In this document: piece after piece, positions 35,278 to 35,977 of the stretch
Layout: each line of letters begins with the position of its first letter
How positions within the stretch are numbered: the first letter of the stretch is position 1
Source: Octopus bimaculoides
Taxonomy: Eukaryota
Direction of reading: 5' to 3'
DNA length: 35,977 nucleotides
Assembly (NCBI RefSeq): GCF_001194135.2
Contig: NC_068981.1
Location: 149,827,685-149,863,661 of the forward strand
Made by a program: the position numbers and the translations under genes
The notes under the pieces: generated by a model
The model's database searches: none
What the model was told of the DNA's origin: nothing
The model's input: the letters and a program-made list of their open reading frames with translations, nothing else

Positions 35278-35535
35278 CTTCTTTCTTCAAATTTTCTTCC
35301 ATTTCTCGCCGAGTGTTTTCCGTACACCTAGGGCAGAGAAACTCGTTGTATGCATTCCCAGTTTACACACGCAAATTCACAGGTAAAACATGTATTTAAG
35401 AAAAAAAAAAAAATGAATGAATGGATGTTGTTTTCACAGCGATAATGCTCTTCTCAGTACATGAGTCGTTCCAGTTAGCACGATTTTTTGCACTTCCTGG
35501 TATCATTTTCAAATAGGTTTCAGTACCTTTTTTTA
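35278..35535 (-). mobile_element. 5'-truncated 3' end of an R4/Dong-clade LINE, flanked by (AAT)n on both sides
   Basis: Minus strand KKGTETYLKMIPG / EVQKIVLTGTTHVLRRALSL* (stop 35434-35436) is the typical R4/Dong C-terminus (QKxVLxGTAxILRxxL), followed by a short 3' UTR. (ATT)n arrays lie at 35258-35277 and 35547-35610. Confidence 0.82.
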
Positions 35536-35555
35536 AATTTTTTTTTTATTATTAA

Positions 35556-35610
<55 letters not shown>

Positions 35611-35614
<4 letters not shown>

Positions 35615-35633
35615 TCACTGCCTTGAATCGAAC
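35611..35633 (-). promoter_or_regulatory. Pol III B-box remnant of a tRNA-like SINE head
   Basis: Minus strand GTTCGATTC (35633-35625) followed by aaggcagtgacctg and (AAT)n. No intact A box upstream. Confidence 0.5.
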
Positions 35634-35700
35634 TACACCGGGGATGTTTAACAGGACTACACCTGGGATGTTTAACAGACTACACCGGGGATGTTTAACA
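35632..35700. repeat. Three tandem copies of a 22-24-bp unit actacaccggggatgtttaaca(gg)
   Basis: Units at 35632-35655, 35656-35678 and 35679-35700. One substitution in unit 2. Confidence 0.95.
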
Positions 35701-35977
35701 TGTGAGAACGATAAATCACTGCTCCGAAATTTATCCAAAAACATCGGAAATAAAGACATCGCATGGAGCCAAAAAAATAGCTGACAAAGGGTTGGACTAT
35801 ATCCGAGTAAGTAATACTCATTGAAATTTATTTCTATTTTTCCAAATATAATGATGTATTTTAACTTGATACCTCTACTACCCGCACAGCGATCGTAAAC
35901 ACACGTGTTACATCAAAATTCAGACCATCTCCAAACCCAAACACCATGTACAAAAAAATTACAAACAGATTAAATAA

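Noticed and set aside
29640-35535. Idea that the two R4/Dong pieces are one element split by later insertions
   Set aside because: On the minus strand the 3' tail (35.3-35.5 kb) lies upstream of the RT/RLE piece (29.6-30.7 kb), which is the wrong order. They must be separate insertions.
35632-35700. CRISPR-like array, or miR-30-like sequence (tgttaaacatcccc on the minus strand)
   Set aside because: The units are contiguous with no spacers, no cas genes are present and the context is eukaryotic. The miR-30 likeness has an extra base in the seed, no precursor hairpin, and that family is vertebrate.

Overview
AT-rich, microsatellite-dense animal genomic DNA from a draft assembly, with six N-gaps (723-1588, 5992-6103, 12966-12975, 16917-17142, 18195-18750, 33899-33920). 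The SINE families and simple-repeat content look cephalopod (Octopus-like). That is my pattern recognition, not a search result. I find no intact protein-coding gene and no host exon I can identify; most ORFs in the track are microsatellite or N-gap artefacts. The window is a transposon graveyard: two decayed Penelope-like elements (RT + GIY-YIG), three mariner fragments clustered in 1.8 kb, two R4/Dong-type LINE pieces, a CR1-group RT fragment, a hAT (Buster/Charlie-like) relic and several tRNA-derived SINEs. Three things stand out. (1) Two unrelated short non-autonomous repeats carry minimal type-I hammerhead-ribozyme folds. One family has two copies sharing an A6-to-U core variant, and one of those copies has a duplication that could supply helix III in cis. 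The other sits in a composite of tRNA B-box, (AAT)n, R4 tail, (AAT)n and hammerhead. (2) A ~280-codon, stop-poor, Cys-rich relic frame on the minus strand (12392-11550) resembles by eye a phlebovirus-type class II fusion glycoprotein. (3) A nested inverted triplication lies at 5146-5926. All family assignments come from manual translation and alignment and need database confirmation.
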